Positions 1 through 9,386 of a DNA stretch of 64,000 bases are shown piece by piece; the first letter of the stretch is position 1; the number at the start of each line of letters is the position of its first letter. This DNA comes from Myxococcales bacterium (GTDB lineage Bacteria > Myxococcota_A > Polyangia > Fen-1088). The position numbers were made by a program, and so were the translations under genes. Below the pieces are notes generated by a model. It saw nothing but the letters and a program-made list of their open reading frames with translations. It was not told where the DNA came from and made no database searches. The stretch lies in the NCBI GenBank assembly GCA_022184915.1, contig JAGTJU010000008.1, positions 6,760 through 70,759 on the forward strand, read 5' to 3'.

Positions 1-377
1 TTCATCGGCACGAAGGACGTAGATGCCCGGCTCAAGGCCTTGCGCCGATACAGTTACGCGGAGGCCGTCGGTGGTGTCTTGAAAGTGCGCGAGCCCCAAG
101 GCGCGTGTTGCACCTTCAGGCGCAAGAAAGGCGGCAGTTCCGAATGGCTGAAGGTACTCCATCTCCTTAGGTGGGCGCTTGAACTGGCCTTCATTTGGAA
201 GCGAGGAGAGATCCGGACCGCGAAACCATTCGGGAGGCTCGGCTTCATTGGCAGGCTTTGGTGGGGCGGCGGGGTTGGATGTGCCAGACGCTTGTTCGCG
301 GGGGTTCGTCTTGCAGGCCACCCCTGCCGTGAGCCAGCAAGCGATTGACGCCGTTAGGGCTGTTGAAATTTTGATCG

Positions 378-1161
378 TCACTTCATCCACCAGTGCCAAG
401 ACTCGTACGGATGCTTCAGCGGCCCTACCAGCTTGGTCCCTTCACAGGCAGCAGCGAGCTTGTCTTCCCACCCTTCCTTCTTCCAGATCGGTTGAACGGC
501 GGAAGAGCGGATGGGCGCCACGATGGCGGTCCCTTTCATCACGACGAAGTCTACTGCCTTGCCGCGCCCGTGATCGGACGTGCCTGGAACAGCGTTTGTT
601 GGCTCCGGTGAGACTTTTTTTTTGCCGAAGAGCTTCGGCGAAGTCGAACGATTTCGCGGTCGTCGGAGCCGCGGGGTATTGGTCGGACGAAAGGACCTCC
701 TTCATTTCCGCCAGCAGCTTTGCTCCGGCCTCTCCAACGGTCGAGTTCCTGCCCCACAGGCGAACCTGGGCTTCGAGGCTGCGCACGGGTGACAGCACGA
801 GGTGGTAGTCGGGGTTGGCCTTCTTGAAGTTGGCTTGAACCTTCGCGGCCTCTTCGTATAGCGACTTCGTGGGTTCGAGCTTCTTTTGGGCATCGATGTC
901 GGCATCGGTCCACGACCAGATCGCTTCGAGGTTGGCGCCTCGCCGCTTGCTGCGTAGGTACTTCCTCACGGCCAAGAGCTGAGTGGCCAGCAGGCGATCG
1001 GGCGCGTGGCGCTTCATGTACGCGCTGATGCGCTCGAGCGCGTCGAGCACTTCGGTCTTGCCGCCACGGAGCGTGTCCACGGCCGCCAGCATGTAGGCGC
1101 GCACCTTCTCGTCGGACTCCGCCTCCTCCTTCGTGGGAGTGGCCTTGGCTGTTTTCTTCAT
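378..1161 (-). pseudogene. M15-family (VanY-like) D-Ala-D-Ala peptidase, frameshifted at an A9 run
   Basis: N-terminal frame has RSLEAQ..LW. Removing one A from the run at 615-623 continues as AVPGTSDHGRGKAVDF...PYESWHWWMK* (SxH..D and ExWH zinc motifs), stop at 378-380. Confidence 0.75.
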
Positions 1162-1390
1162 TAAGTGAACGCCGGATTTAGTCCGGCGCTCCTCACAGAA
1201 CCGTAGGTGCGATTAGGCATACGGCTCTTTGTTTTGTGTTTCCTCGGGGCACCATGCTCTGAGGAGAGGAAAAGAAGTTCTACACCGCGGGGAGGAGCCG
1301 GTAGAGGGTGAAAGTGTAACCTGCGCTTGAATTGTTCCCATGTGTAGGAGCGTTTCTGTGAGCGCCGGTTGAGCCATCTGAAGCGCCCGG
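1160..1390 (-). mobile_element. 3' remnant of a group II intron (maturase C-terminus plus domains V and VI)
   Basis: RWLNRRSQKRSYTWEQF..L...PLP is a maturase X-domain tail. DV-like GAGCCGTATGC..CGCACCTACGGTTC at 1227-1198, then hairpin CGCCGGA-CTAAA-TCCGGCG and the end ACTTAAT. Confidence 0.8.
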
Positions 1391-1391
1391 G

Positions 1392-1811
1392 GTGGTCCGC
1401 ACGGGAGACATCGGACACTTCGACCGGAATGGCTTTTTGTATATTGACGGCCGCAGGCAGGAGATCATCGTGACGGCGAGCGGTCACAAGGTCCACCCCG
1501 AGCTGCTCGAAGCCATCCTGAACGACTGTCCTGCCATCGAGCGCGCAGCGGTGGTGCTGTCGGTTGACGGGGAGACTCTGACTGCGGCAATCGTCGTGCG
1601 CCGTCAAGCGCAAGGTGAACACCAGGAACCGGTGCGGGCCGCCATCGCGCGCGCGAACGCCCTGGCTCCGTCTGGCATCAGGATCGCGGATCACGTCGTC
1701 CTGGCCCAGCCGTTCAGCATGGATAACGGCATGCTGGCGCGTAACCTCAAACTGGATCGACGCGCCGTTCGGCGCGTGATCGTTCCGGATGCCGACTCCG
1801 CCCGTCCCTGA
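1392..1811 (+). pseudogene. C-terminal fragment of an AMP-binding acyl-CoA synthetase
   Basis: RTGDIG...GFLYIDGR..EIIVTASG.KV.P and LKLDR motifs; N-terminal domain absent. Confidence 0.8.
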
Positions 1812-1845
1812 CGGTCTCATCGGCGAAACACCTGCCCAGGTCACC

Positions 1846-2250
1846 ATGCGAACCACTCCGCTCCTCGATCATGTGTCCATCGCGGTCGGCGATCTGTCGA
1901 GCGCTCGGCCGTTCTACGATGCCATCATGGCTGTGCTGGGAGCCCGCAAGGTGTACGACCACGAAGCCGCCATCGGCTACGGCGAACGGTGCAGCGGAGA
2001 GAGCAGTGGCGGATCGTACGTGACGGTCCGACGCTCGTCGGGAGTCGCGCCGGTCGATGGACTGCACTGGTGTTTCAAGGCCGTCAACCGACAGCAGGTT
2101 CGGGCGGCCTTCGCCGCCGGCATCGACGCGGGTGGGCGCGACGATGGCGGTCCGGGCTTGCGCGCCGAATACCATCCGACCTACTACGCCGCGTTCATGA
2201 AGGATCCGGACGGAAATCGGATCGAGATCGTCTGTCACCAGAGCGAGTGA
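1846..2250 (+). CDS. VOC/glyoxalase family protein
   Basis: LDHVSIAVGDL..AR.FY, H.CF.A, GG.DDG.PGLR..YHP.YYAAF..DPDGNRIE. Confidence 0.9.
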   Translation: MRTTPLLDHVSIAVGDLSSARPFYDAIMAVLGARKVYDHEAAIGYGERCSGESSGGSYVTVRRSSGVAPVDGLHWCFKAVNRQQVRAAFAAGIDAGGRDDGGPGLRAEYHPTYYAAFMKDPDGNRIEIVCHQSE

Positions 2251-2569
2251 GGCGCCTGACCGCTGGCTGGCGCAGGTAGCCCGGCTCCGGGAGTGAGCTG
2301 ATCCACGAGCGCGGCGAGGTAAGGGCGGGCCGCTCGAGAGGGATTTGGGGGACCGGGTCTCGTACACCCGGCCCCCGTGCACCGATGGATCGCGCGCCGG
2401 GACGATCGCCTGGCGAGCCTCCGGCGTCCAGTTACTCTGCTCGCGCGAGCAGATGGACGAAGAGATCGTATTCGAGGACCCGCGCTACGCCTGGTGTCTT
2501 CAGGCGGTCTTGATCTGCCTGCCGGGCTTCCATGGCCAGCTCTACTGCTCGGCCTCGTGCTCCGTGAAG

Positions 2570-2662
2570 GGCAAGGTGCCTGCGTCGGCGGGCTCGTCGA
2601 CCGCTTCGTCGAGCGCTGCCACATCATCGACATCGCCGCCGACTCTTGGCGCCAGAAGCGCG
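2570..2662 (+). pseudogene. IS21-family IstB ATPase C-terminal remnant
   Basis: ACVGGLVDRFVERCHIIDIAADSWRQK resembles the IstB tail LDRL.H....I.I.G.S.R. Confidence 0.6.
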
Positions 2663-2725
2663 CCGCCGACCCCGCCGTCGACGGGCGTCGCGAACTTCCT
2701 GTACGCTCCCGCGCGGAGGCGGCCG

Positions 2726-3457
2726 TCACGGATCCGTTCGGTCCACGTCCTCGATGGCGTGGCCCAGAAGCGTGAAGAGCGCCTCGAGGGCGCCGGACGG
2801 GTTGTCGGACACGTGGGTGAGCGCATCGAGCGGTGCGGGCCAGCGCCTCGTCGCCGCCGCCAGGACCGTGCGCAACTTGGTGTCGGGCACGGTGAGGCCG
2901 CGCAGGCGAAGGAGAGCCAGCAGAGGGTAGCGGACCTGACGGAGCTTGTGTTCGAGCGCATTCACGAAGAATCGGCCCTGTTCCATCGCATCGATGGTTA
3001 GGCGGCGCAGCCGTGTGTTGATCTCGCGAAGCTCCTGCTCGATTCGCAAGCGCAAGTGCTCGTCCGAAACATCTACGCCTTCGAGGGGCGGGCGGCCCGC
3101 CAGCACGACGTGGCAGGCGGCGATCTCATCGTAGAACAGGGGAAAGACATCGGCGGAACGGGCGATTTCCCCGCGCAAGAGGAGCATGCTCTCAATGCGA
3201 GCGGCATCACGGGCCAGTCGCAATGGTTGCCGCAGTTCCGTCAACAGGGGAACCGACAGCGATTCGAGCACGATGATCAGATCCACGTCGCTGCTGCCCG
3301 GGCGGTACTCGCCGCGGGCCACGCTGCCGTGGACCGCCAGGGACACCAGGTTGTCCTGCAACATCGTCTGGAGTTGCTGACTGAGCTTTTCGAGCTGGGT
3401 TTTCGTGGGTGCCGGAAGCGGGAGTGCTTCGCCAGGCCAAACTGCCGTGACGGTCAT
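2726..3457 (-). CDS. Pol-beta-like nucleotidyltransferase domain protein
   Basis: HGSVARG....GSSDVDL motif; ATGA overlap with the upstream DUF692 stop. Confidence 0.8.
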   Translation of the reverse strand: MTVTAVWPGEALPLPAPTKTQLEKLSQQLQTMLQDNLVSLAVHGSVARGEYRPGSSDVDLIIVLESLSVPLLTELRQPLRLARDAARIESMLLLRGEIARSADVFPLFYDEIAACHVVLAGRPPLEGVDVSDEHLRLRIEQELREINTRLRRLTIDAMEQGRFFVNALEHKLRQVRYPLLALLRLRGLTVPDTKLRTVLAAATRRWPAPLDALTHVSDNPSGALEALFTLLGHAIEDVDRTDP

Positions 3458-4869
3458 CGTGTCATCCTCTCGAGCGGTGCTGCGGTGTTTTGCGTTGCCA
3501 GCCGGTGGAGTGCATGGGGCGGCAACCAGAGCCGTACGGGGCGGCCGAAGCCTGCGCCCTTGAATGCCCAGGCGCAATCGCCCCCGGGAAGGCGTGCGCG
3601 CCCGAAAAAGGGCGTCCACCGGGGGGCCCATCCGCGCCCGCCGCCAAGGGGCCGAAAGCGGGCCCGCAGGTTCAGAAGATCGAGCTGGGCCTCCGCCGCG
3701 AACGCCGGCTCAGCCGCGGCCGCGTGAGCCACGGTGAGGGCGTCATCGACGCTGGCCAATCGGCCGGCCCGAGGGCGACTCCTGAGCGCGTCGATGGCCA
3801 GATGGACGATGTTGTGGTCGGCGCGGCGAAGCCGGGGCAACAGCGGCAAGGCCGCGTCGACGCGCTTTCGCACGAGCAGCCTTCGGGTCCGGTCGACATG
3901 ACGAACCGAAACGTCGCCCCCGCCGGGCGGCGGCACGGCGGTGAGCAGAGCTGCGAGCCGTTCCTGGTCGATCGCCAAGTCGGTTTGCGAGCCCTCGAGC
4001 CAACCGGACCCCGGCCGCGTGGACGCGCAGCGCACCGGGACCTGCGGACCCTCGCGGGGTGTGGCCAGGCAACGGGCGAGTGTTGCCAGCTCGGCGCACA
4101 GCTCGTCAAACGGCGGGAAGTTGTCGTCCCGTTCGATGACGGCAGGCCGTGGGCCCACCGCGCGGGTGACCTGCTCGACGAGCGCAAACACCGCGGACGG
4201 AATGGGGTGCGCGTGGGTGTCTACGTAAAAGCCGTCCTCGCGCAGGCCGCCCGCCACATGCAACATGGCCACCCGGTCGAGCGGGAAGCGCGCCAGGCGC
4301 TGGGAAGGCTCTTCGCCTTCGTTGATCGCGTTGGCGTAAAGGTTTGCCACGTCCAGGAGGAGCGCACACCCGGTGGCCTCGGCAACCTCGAAGTAAAAAT
4401 CTTCCTCCCGCATCTGGTCGCCTGACCAGGGTACGGTCCAGACCACGTTCTCCAACAACAAGGGAATGTCGGGCAGATGTCGGCGGGCCCGCGCGACGTT
4501 GCGGGCGACCGTGGCCACGGCGGCGCGCGTGCGGGGCAGGGCTGTGAGGTGGCCGATCTCGTGGCCCCCTGCACGGACGAAGGCCACGTGCTCGGAGACG
4601 AAGGGGGCGTCGAGCTGTCGGGCCAGGCGACCCAGCCGGATGGCGCGGCCATCGTCGATGCCCTCTGCGCTTCCAAGCGACAGCTTCACGCCGTGAAGGG
4701 CCACAGGGAGGGCCTGAGCCACCGCCTGGACCTCGCGTGCGATGCGTGAATCAGCGAGGCAGTTTTCGGCCACGACCTCGACGAAGCCCACCGTGCCCGT
4801 CTGGGCCAGCAGATCCCCGGCCAGTTCTGGACGCCACCCGATTGCCACGGCGTTTGCCGCGAGAGTCAT
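3454..4869 (-). CDS. DUF692 family multinuclear non-heme iron enzyme (MNIO) with C-terminal extension
   Basis: GIGWR-like start, HGVKLSLGS, SEH, LLLEN, LLLDVANL, HVAGG, DTH, IERD. Confidence 0.9.
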   Translation of the reverse strand: MTLAANAVAIGWRPELAGDLLAQTGTVGFVEVVAENCLADSRIAREVQAVAQALPVALHGVKLSLGSAEGIDDGRAIRLGRLARQLDAPFVSEHVAFVRAGGHEIGHLTALPRTRAAVATVARNVARARRHLPDIPLLLENVVWTVPWSGDQMREEDFYFEVAEATGCALLLDVANLYANAINEGEEPSQRLARFPLDRVAMLHVAGGLREDGFYVDTHAHPIPSAVFALVEQVTRAVGPRPAVIERDDNFPPFDELCAELATLARCLATPREGPQVPVRCASTRPGSGWLEGSQTDLAIDQERLAALLTAVPPPGGGDVSVRHVDRTRRLLVRKRVDAALPLLPRLRRADHNIVHLAIDALRSRPRAGRLASVDDALTVAHAAAAEPAFAAEAQLDLLNLRARFRPLGGGRGWAPRWTPFFGRARLPGGDCAWAFKGAGFGRPVRLWLPPHALHRLATQNTAAPLERMTR

Positions 4870-4927
4870 CGGGGCGCATCTTATAGCGACACCCCGAAAG
4901 GGGGAATGATTCCAGGACGGGGCTCAC

Positions 4928-4982
4928 CTGGAAGCACGTCACTCCGCGGCAGAAACGCCCGATAAAATATGTCTTGTGAGGT
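4928..4982 (+). repeat. dif-like site 0 (XerC arm, spacer and C-side flank; XerD arm degenerate)
   Basis: CACGTCACTCCGCGGCAGAA-ACGCCCGATAA-AATATG matches the C-side halves of the copies at 12490, 31664 and 43392. Confidence 0.65.
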
Positions 4983-5045
4983 CGTCGTTGGAATTGTTCG
5001 ATCGGGGCGCACATCGCCGTAAACTGCGCTGCGAGAGACCCAACA

Positions 5046-6107
5046 ATGACTTGGCAGGGTGCCTTCCTTCAGGCCGTCGACTTTTACCCGCTCAACGTGT
5101 CCAGCGGGCCGCTCTTTCTCCTTGTCTACCCTGTGGCAGCATTCGTCCTGCTGCGCTTGGGCGCAGGGCTGGGGTGGTTGCTTGGTGACGTGCTCACCCG
5201 AGCCGCGCCTGCGCCTGCGCCTGCGCCTGCGCGTGCGTCAGCTCCCTACCGCGAGCCCGAGGCCTCACGTTTCGGCGACAGGCTCCAGATCGGTTTGCCA
5301 CCTGGACCCGCTTGGCACCTGGCCATCGCGTTTCTCAGAGGCGGAAGAGATGCGGTGGCCGAGACCCTGGTGGCTCGCGCGTTGGCCGCAAAGTGGCTGC
5401 TGAGCAGCGGCGAGGGCTTTCGTGTAGACGGCGAGCCCACGTCGCTCGATGCGGACCAGCGGGTGCTTCACCACGAACTGGCGGCGCTCGACCCCTTGAC
5501 CGGCGCGGACGTCGCCCGGATCGCCCGCTCCGTGGCGAACAGTCTCGAGTCCGAAGTGAAGGAGGACCTCGAACGCGCTGGCTTCCTGTTTTCGGGGGTG
5601 GGCGGCCGGGTGCGTGCCGGCCTGCATGCTCTGGCGCTGGGCCTCGTTTTGGCCCTGGGTTTGGCGCGCGCGGTTCGCGGTTCCTTGCTGGGACGCCCCT
5701 TCACGTTCTTGGTCATCGAGATGTTCGTGGTGGTGCCGCTCGGTTGGCGCTGGTTACGCCGGCGGCGGCGGGTCACGCGCAAGGGGAAAGCGTACCTGAA
5801 GTGGCTCGAAGACGTGACGGACAGCCTGCGCGAAGACGTGAACGAGGGCCGGCGCAACACGCCCTGGGACCTGTCGCTGGCGGTCGCCTGCGCAGGCGCC
5901 GTGCTCTTGCCAAGTTCGTTGGGATATCCTCTTGCGTCCTTCCAGTCGCTACCGCGCTCTGCCGGTTCGAGACAAAGCTGTGGGAGCAGCTCGACCAGCA
6001 GCTGCAGTTCCAGCACGAGTAGCTGTAGCTCGGGCTCCAGTTGCGGAGGCGGTGGCGGGTGCGGCGGTGGTGGTGGCTGTGGAGGGGGCGGGGGCTGTGG
6101 TGGGTAA
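5046..6107 (+). CDS. TIGR04222-type membrane protein with Cys/Ser/Gly-rich tail
   Basis: SGPLFLLVY, IAFLRGG, GRPFTFL motifs; tail CGSSSTSSCSSSTSSCSSGSSC(GGGGGC)3GG; adjacent to DUF692. Confidence 0.8.
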   Translation: MTWQGAFLQAVDFYPLNVSSGPLFLLVYPVAAFVLLRLGAGLGWLLGDVLTRAAPAPAPAPARASAPYREPEASRFGDRLQIGLPPGPAWHLAIAFLRGGRDAVAETLVARALAAKWLLSSGEGFRVDGEPTSLDADQRVLHHELAALDPLTGADVARIARSVANSLESEVKEDLERAGFLFSGVGGRVRAGLHALALGLVLALGLARAVRGSLLGRPFTFLVIEMFVVVPLGWRWLRRRRRVTRKGKAYLKWLEDVTDSLREDVNEGRRNTPWDLSLAVACAGAVLLPSSLGYPLASFQSLPRSAGSRQSCGSSSTSSCSSSTSSCSSGSSCGGGGGCGGGGGCGGGGGCGG

Positions 6108-6295
6108 CGGGGCGTGAAGACTCGAATCAGCGCCTGGGATCGGGGCCGTGGTACTTTCGGTATCCGGTGAGCACGCCCATACAACCTGCGATCTCTTCCA
6201 CGCGGTAGGCGAGGCCGGGCCACTTGTGCAGCAAGGCGCTTTACGCTCCTTCAGATCAGGTGAGTTTCGGGCCCAATAGAGCTCGGACGCCAGAA

Positions 6296-6403
6296 CCCGG
6301 CAGCAAGGCTGAGGATGCGAGGCGGCTTGCGTTAGTTGACAGAATACATTGCTCGAAATTGATCACTTTTTGACGCGAGTGGACTTCGTGCTTGAACTTC
6401 CTG
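6296..6403 (-). repeat. dif-like site 1 (intact XerD arm and both flanks; XerC arm degenerate)
   Basis: CCCGGCAGCAAGGCTGAGGATGCGAGGCGGCTTGCGTT-AGTTGACAGAA, then TTTTTGACGCG...GCTTGAACTTCCTG. Confidence 0.75.
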
Positions 6404-6545
6404 TGCGCCACATTTTTTCGACGAAAGACTGAAGGGCGCTGTCGTACGTGGTGCCAGGCAGATCGTGCTTCTCTGCGCAGGGCTCGACAGCCGAGCGCAC
6501 TGGTTCCGGCAGATGCTTGAGGGTGTGACGGTGTTCGAGGTCGAG
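6404..6545 (+). pseudogene. internal fragment of an LCM-type SAM methyltransferase
   Basis: FFDERL...GARQIVLLCAGLDSRA....VTVFEVE. Confidence 0.7.
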
Positions 6546-6889
6546 AAGGTGGCCGCCCTTTTTAAAATTTCACGCTCCATGCGCAGGGTCTTTACCTCGC
6601 GCCGAAGGGTCGAAAGTTCCTCACGCTCAGCCGTCGTCAGAGCGCCCTTGGGGCCTCGGCCTGCATCGGTATCTGCCTGACGGATCCACGTCCGCACGAG
6701 GCTCTCGGCGAGGCCCAAGTCCCGAGCCACCTCCGGTATCCCCCGCCGTCCGCTCTGGACGAGGGCGACTGTTTCACTCTTGAACTCCGGGGTATGGACC
6801 CGCCGGGTTCGTCTTTGCCTTGCTCATGTGGTCACCTTTCCACGCTCTTACAACTGAGCGCCGGTGTCCACTGAATCGGGTCAACCCCG
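6543..6889 (-). mobile_element. IS3-family left-end remnant (IR plus orfA)
   Basis: TPEFK.E.V.LV...EVARDLG....LRMEREILKRAATF; end GGGTTGACCCGATTCAGTGGACAC; orfB missing. Confidence 0.85.
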
Positions 6890-6899
6890 TACGGTCCTT

Positions 6900-7101
6900 T
6901 CCCCGAAGCGGAAGCGTACCAAGCATGGGTTGATGCCTGGGCGGGCAGCACGGATCCGCTGTTCTTTTCCGTTTGCAACCATCAAGGACAAGCTTTGGGT
7001 GCGCTGCCTATCTTCGCATCGTGCCGGAGATAGGGTGCATTGAAGTGGGACACCTGAACTTCTCACCGCGCTTGCAGCGAACGCCCGCGGCCACGGAAGC
7101 G
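6900..7101 (+). pseudogene. GNAT (RimJ/RimL-like) acetyltransferase fragment
   Basis: DPLFF...YLRIVPEIGCIEVGHLNFSPRLQRTPAATEA, cut off by the hipA stop region. Confidence 0.7.
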
Positions 7102-8397
7102 CTACCCCGCAAGCCCAGCCACCTTCCGCGCCGCCACACGCTGCTCATGCTCGAAGGCATCGGCGAACGCTTCCAGCTCCTGCTTCGTCATGCCCAGCGC
7201 TTTGCCTTCGGTCCGCCAGCGGCCAACCGCACTTTCAACCTCTGCGAGGATCTCGCGCGCCCGATTCGGCGATAGACGAAAATAAGCGCAGACGGACAAC
7301 AAGGCGTCGACGCTCGCATCGGGACCGGTCTCTTCGGAGATCCAGGTCTTGAGCTCGCGCACCCGTTCGGGAAATGGGTTTACGTCGAACGCGGGGGCGA
7401 GCCGCCACTGTCCGCGCTGAACATGCAGGAACCCGTGGTTCATGAGGTGATCGTCCACGTTGGTGATCAAGATCGAAAAAGCCATCCTCCGCCACAATTC
7501 TTCCGTGTCTGCCTGCGGCCGCACGCCCCATTGACGAAGGGCGTCGACGATCTCGGCGTAGGTATGTTCGGTAGAGTCGCTTAAATCAGCGCCAAGCATC
7601 GTAGCCGCCGAGACGTACATCAGACGACCGCCCGCCGGGTGCCGATCAAACCGTCGAATGAGAGCGACCGGCGCACCGTCGCTGTCGACCAGCCTGGCTA
7701 CGGCGGCGTCGATGCCAGCCAACCCAGCAAGTCGCAGGGCAAGCACTTCTCCTTTCGTGACGGCACGTTCGTCGCTCACGCTCGGAAACTTGCCGATCGC
7801 CAAGCCGCCGTCGTCGTCAATCACGGTGCACTTCGGCCGCAGCCCACCGAGCGAAGTTCCTCTTCCGCGCAAGTAAGCCAGGTCGGCAGACGTCTCCGTC
7901 TGCGTCTCCACGGCGCGGCTCGAGGCCAGAAGCGTGCCGAGCTCGATCAGGGGAGGAGCGGTGCGACGCCCTTCTTCGGGGGCCCTCTCGAAAATTCCGC
8001 GCTCGTCGCGAAACCGCAGGGCGCCCATCCGGCTCCCATCATCTACGGCCAGCAAGAAATCCAGCGCGTTCAGTGGCGCCGTCTGCACAGGTAAGCCTGC
8101 ATGTTTGGCTTGCTGCCGGCGCTTGGCATGATCGCGCGCAATCACCCTTCGCCCCCAGCCGTCTGGCTCCGTGTCCGCAATGGCGCGGTGAAACAGCGAT
8201 CCTCCTTCCGTCTTGCGGCGATACTGAGGACCTGCCACGAGCGGCAGCGCTGGATCAACCACGAAGGCTTCGCCGCTCGACAGCCAGAGCGGATCGTACT
8301 CGAACGCAGCGATCTCTCGCCCGCCTTCCTGCGCGTGCCGCAGAAGCCCGATGGGGCGCGCGCCATCGCCAAGATGGATCCACAACGTGCGCTTCAC
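7102..8397 (-). CDS. hipA: HipA-family kinase toxin
   Basis: DTEPDGWGR, GTSLGGLRPK, IGKFP, RRFDR, NVDDH..NHGF, LAPAFDVNP. Confidence 0.92.
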   Translation of the reverse strand: MKRTLWIHLGDGARPIGLLRHAQEGGREIAAFEYDPLWLSSGEAFVVDPALPLVAGPQYRRKTEGGSLFHRAIADTEPDGWGRRVIARDHAKRRQQAKHAGLPVQTAPLNALDFLLAVDDGSRMGALRFRDERGIFERAPEEGRRTAPPLIELGTLLASSRAVETQTETSADLAYLRGRGTSLGGLRPKCTVIDDDGGLAIGKFPSVSDERAVTKGEVLALRLAGLAGIDAAVARLVDSDGAPVALIRRFDRHPAGGRLMYVSAATMLGADLSDSTEHTYAEIVDALRQWGVRPQADTEELWRRMAFSILITNVDDHLMNHGFLHVQRGQWRLAPAFDVNPFPERVRELKTWISEETGPDASVDALLSVCAYFRLSPNRAREILAEVESAVGRWRTEGKALGMTKQELEAFADAFEHEQRVAARKVAGLAG

Positions 8398-8726
8398 AAC
8401 GGCTCGATCGCTTTCTTCGGGCGTATCCGCTTTGGCAAGCGTTCGAGATCCAGAAGCAACCCCTGGTCATCCCGCCGCGGGTCGATGATCTCGCTCAAGG
8501 CGTCGCCGAATCCCAGCACGAAGAGCGCCATCGCATAGACACCCAAGGAGACGGTGGGATCGCCTTTCTCGGCGCGACGATAGGTGCTTGTGGCGACCCC
8601 CATGCGCTCGGCCATCATCGCCGCGGTGAGGTGACGCTTCTTGCGAGCCACGCCAAGGTCGAAGCCAAACTTCGCAAGCCCCCGCCGAACCCGCGGCGGC
8701 AGTGTGTCAGTGACCCTGGAGCGCAT
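8394..8726 (-). CDS. XRE-family HTH antitoxin (HipB-like)
   Basis: ARKKRHLT...MAER.GV..STY.R.EKGDP.V; GTGA overlap with hipA. Confidence 0.88.
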   Translation of the reverse strand: MRSRVTDTLPPRVRRGLAKFGFDLGVARKKRHLTAAMMAERMGVATSTYRRAEKGDPTVSLGVYAMALFVLGFGDALSEIIDPRRDDQGLLLDLERLPKRIRPKKAIEPL

Positions 8727-8763
8727 GATTACAACCTATATAGAGATTCCAGGAGGCCATTAT

Positions 8764-8870
8764 AGCGCATATATGCTCAATTAGGTGCACAACAACAAGT
8801 CCGCCCTGCTGCGCGGACAATGTCGTTTATATATGAGCGAATTAGTTCAATTAATAGCTCATATATGAGC
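8764..8870. promoter_or_regulatory. palindromic operator set upstream of the hip operon
   Basis: Perfect palindrome GCTCATATATGAGC at 8857-8870; related GCATATATGC at 8767-8776 and ATATATGAGC at 8829-8838. Confidence 0.65.
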
Positions 8871-8960
8871 GTCTACTCTGGTGGCCAGGAATGACCTTCG
8901 AGCCATGGGTTTTGCGCGCGGTGGAGTCAAAGAACACCACCTTCTGGTTGAACGATGTCA

Positions 8961-9210
8961 TCAGCGCGCGCGCCGGTAGTGCATGGCGAGCGCGCCGTTA
9001 CGGAGTGGCGTCGCCGAGACCAGGTCGAGCCGTCGCGTGCTGGGCAGCCCGCTTCCGTACAGGGTTGGGCCGTGGCCGGCGATCCTGGGGTGGACGAGAA
9101 ACTTGTACTCGTCGATCAAATCCAGCCGGTCCAGCTCGGTTGCGAGCTTGCCGCTACCGACGAGCACGCCGGCTGGGGTTGCGTCCTTGAGCTTCTGCAC
9201 GCCCGTGATC
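8961..9210 (-). pseudogene. RibD/DHFR-like reductase C-terminal fragment
   Basis: VGSGKLA..L..LDLIDEY...VHP.I.G.G..L; 5' part replaced by IS sequence. Confidence 0.8.
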
Positions 9211-9380
9211 AGCTCACCAAGACAGTCCCGCCGTCTTCACGGCTGGTGGATGCGCTGCCCTCGTTGCGCGCGTGGCGTCCAGATCTCGGCACCGATCATC
9301 CACTTGCGCAACGCCTCCCGGGATACACGAACGCCATGTAGCTCAGCAGGTTTTTCGTGAGTTTTCACTTTGCGTCTACA
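9211..9380 (-). mobile_element. internally deleted remnant of the IS1202-like element at 29853-31658
   Basis: Terminal TGTAGACGCAAAGTGAAAA fused to an internal piece nearly identical to ~31140-31290. Confidence 0.8.
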
Positions 9381-9386
9381 CGCCGC

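Noticed and set aside
1-348. Open frame from the window edge
   Set aside because: No recognisable motif; cannot be supported as a gene.
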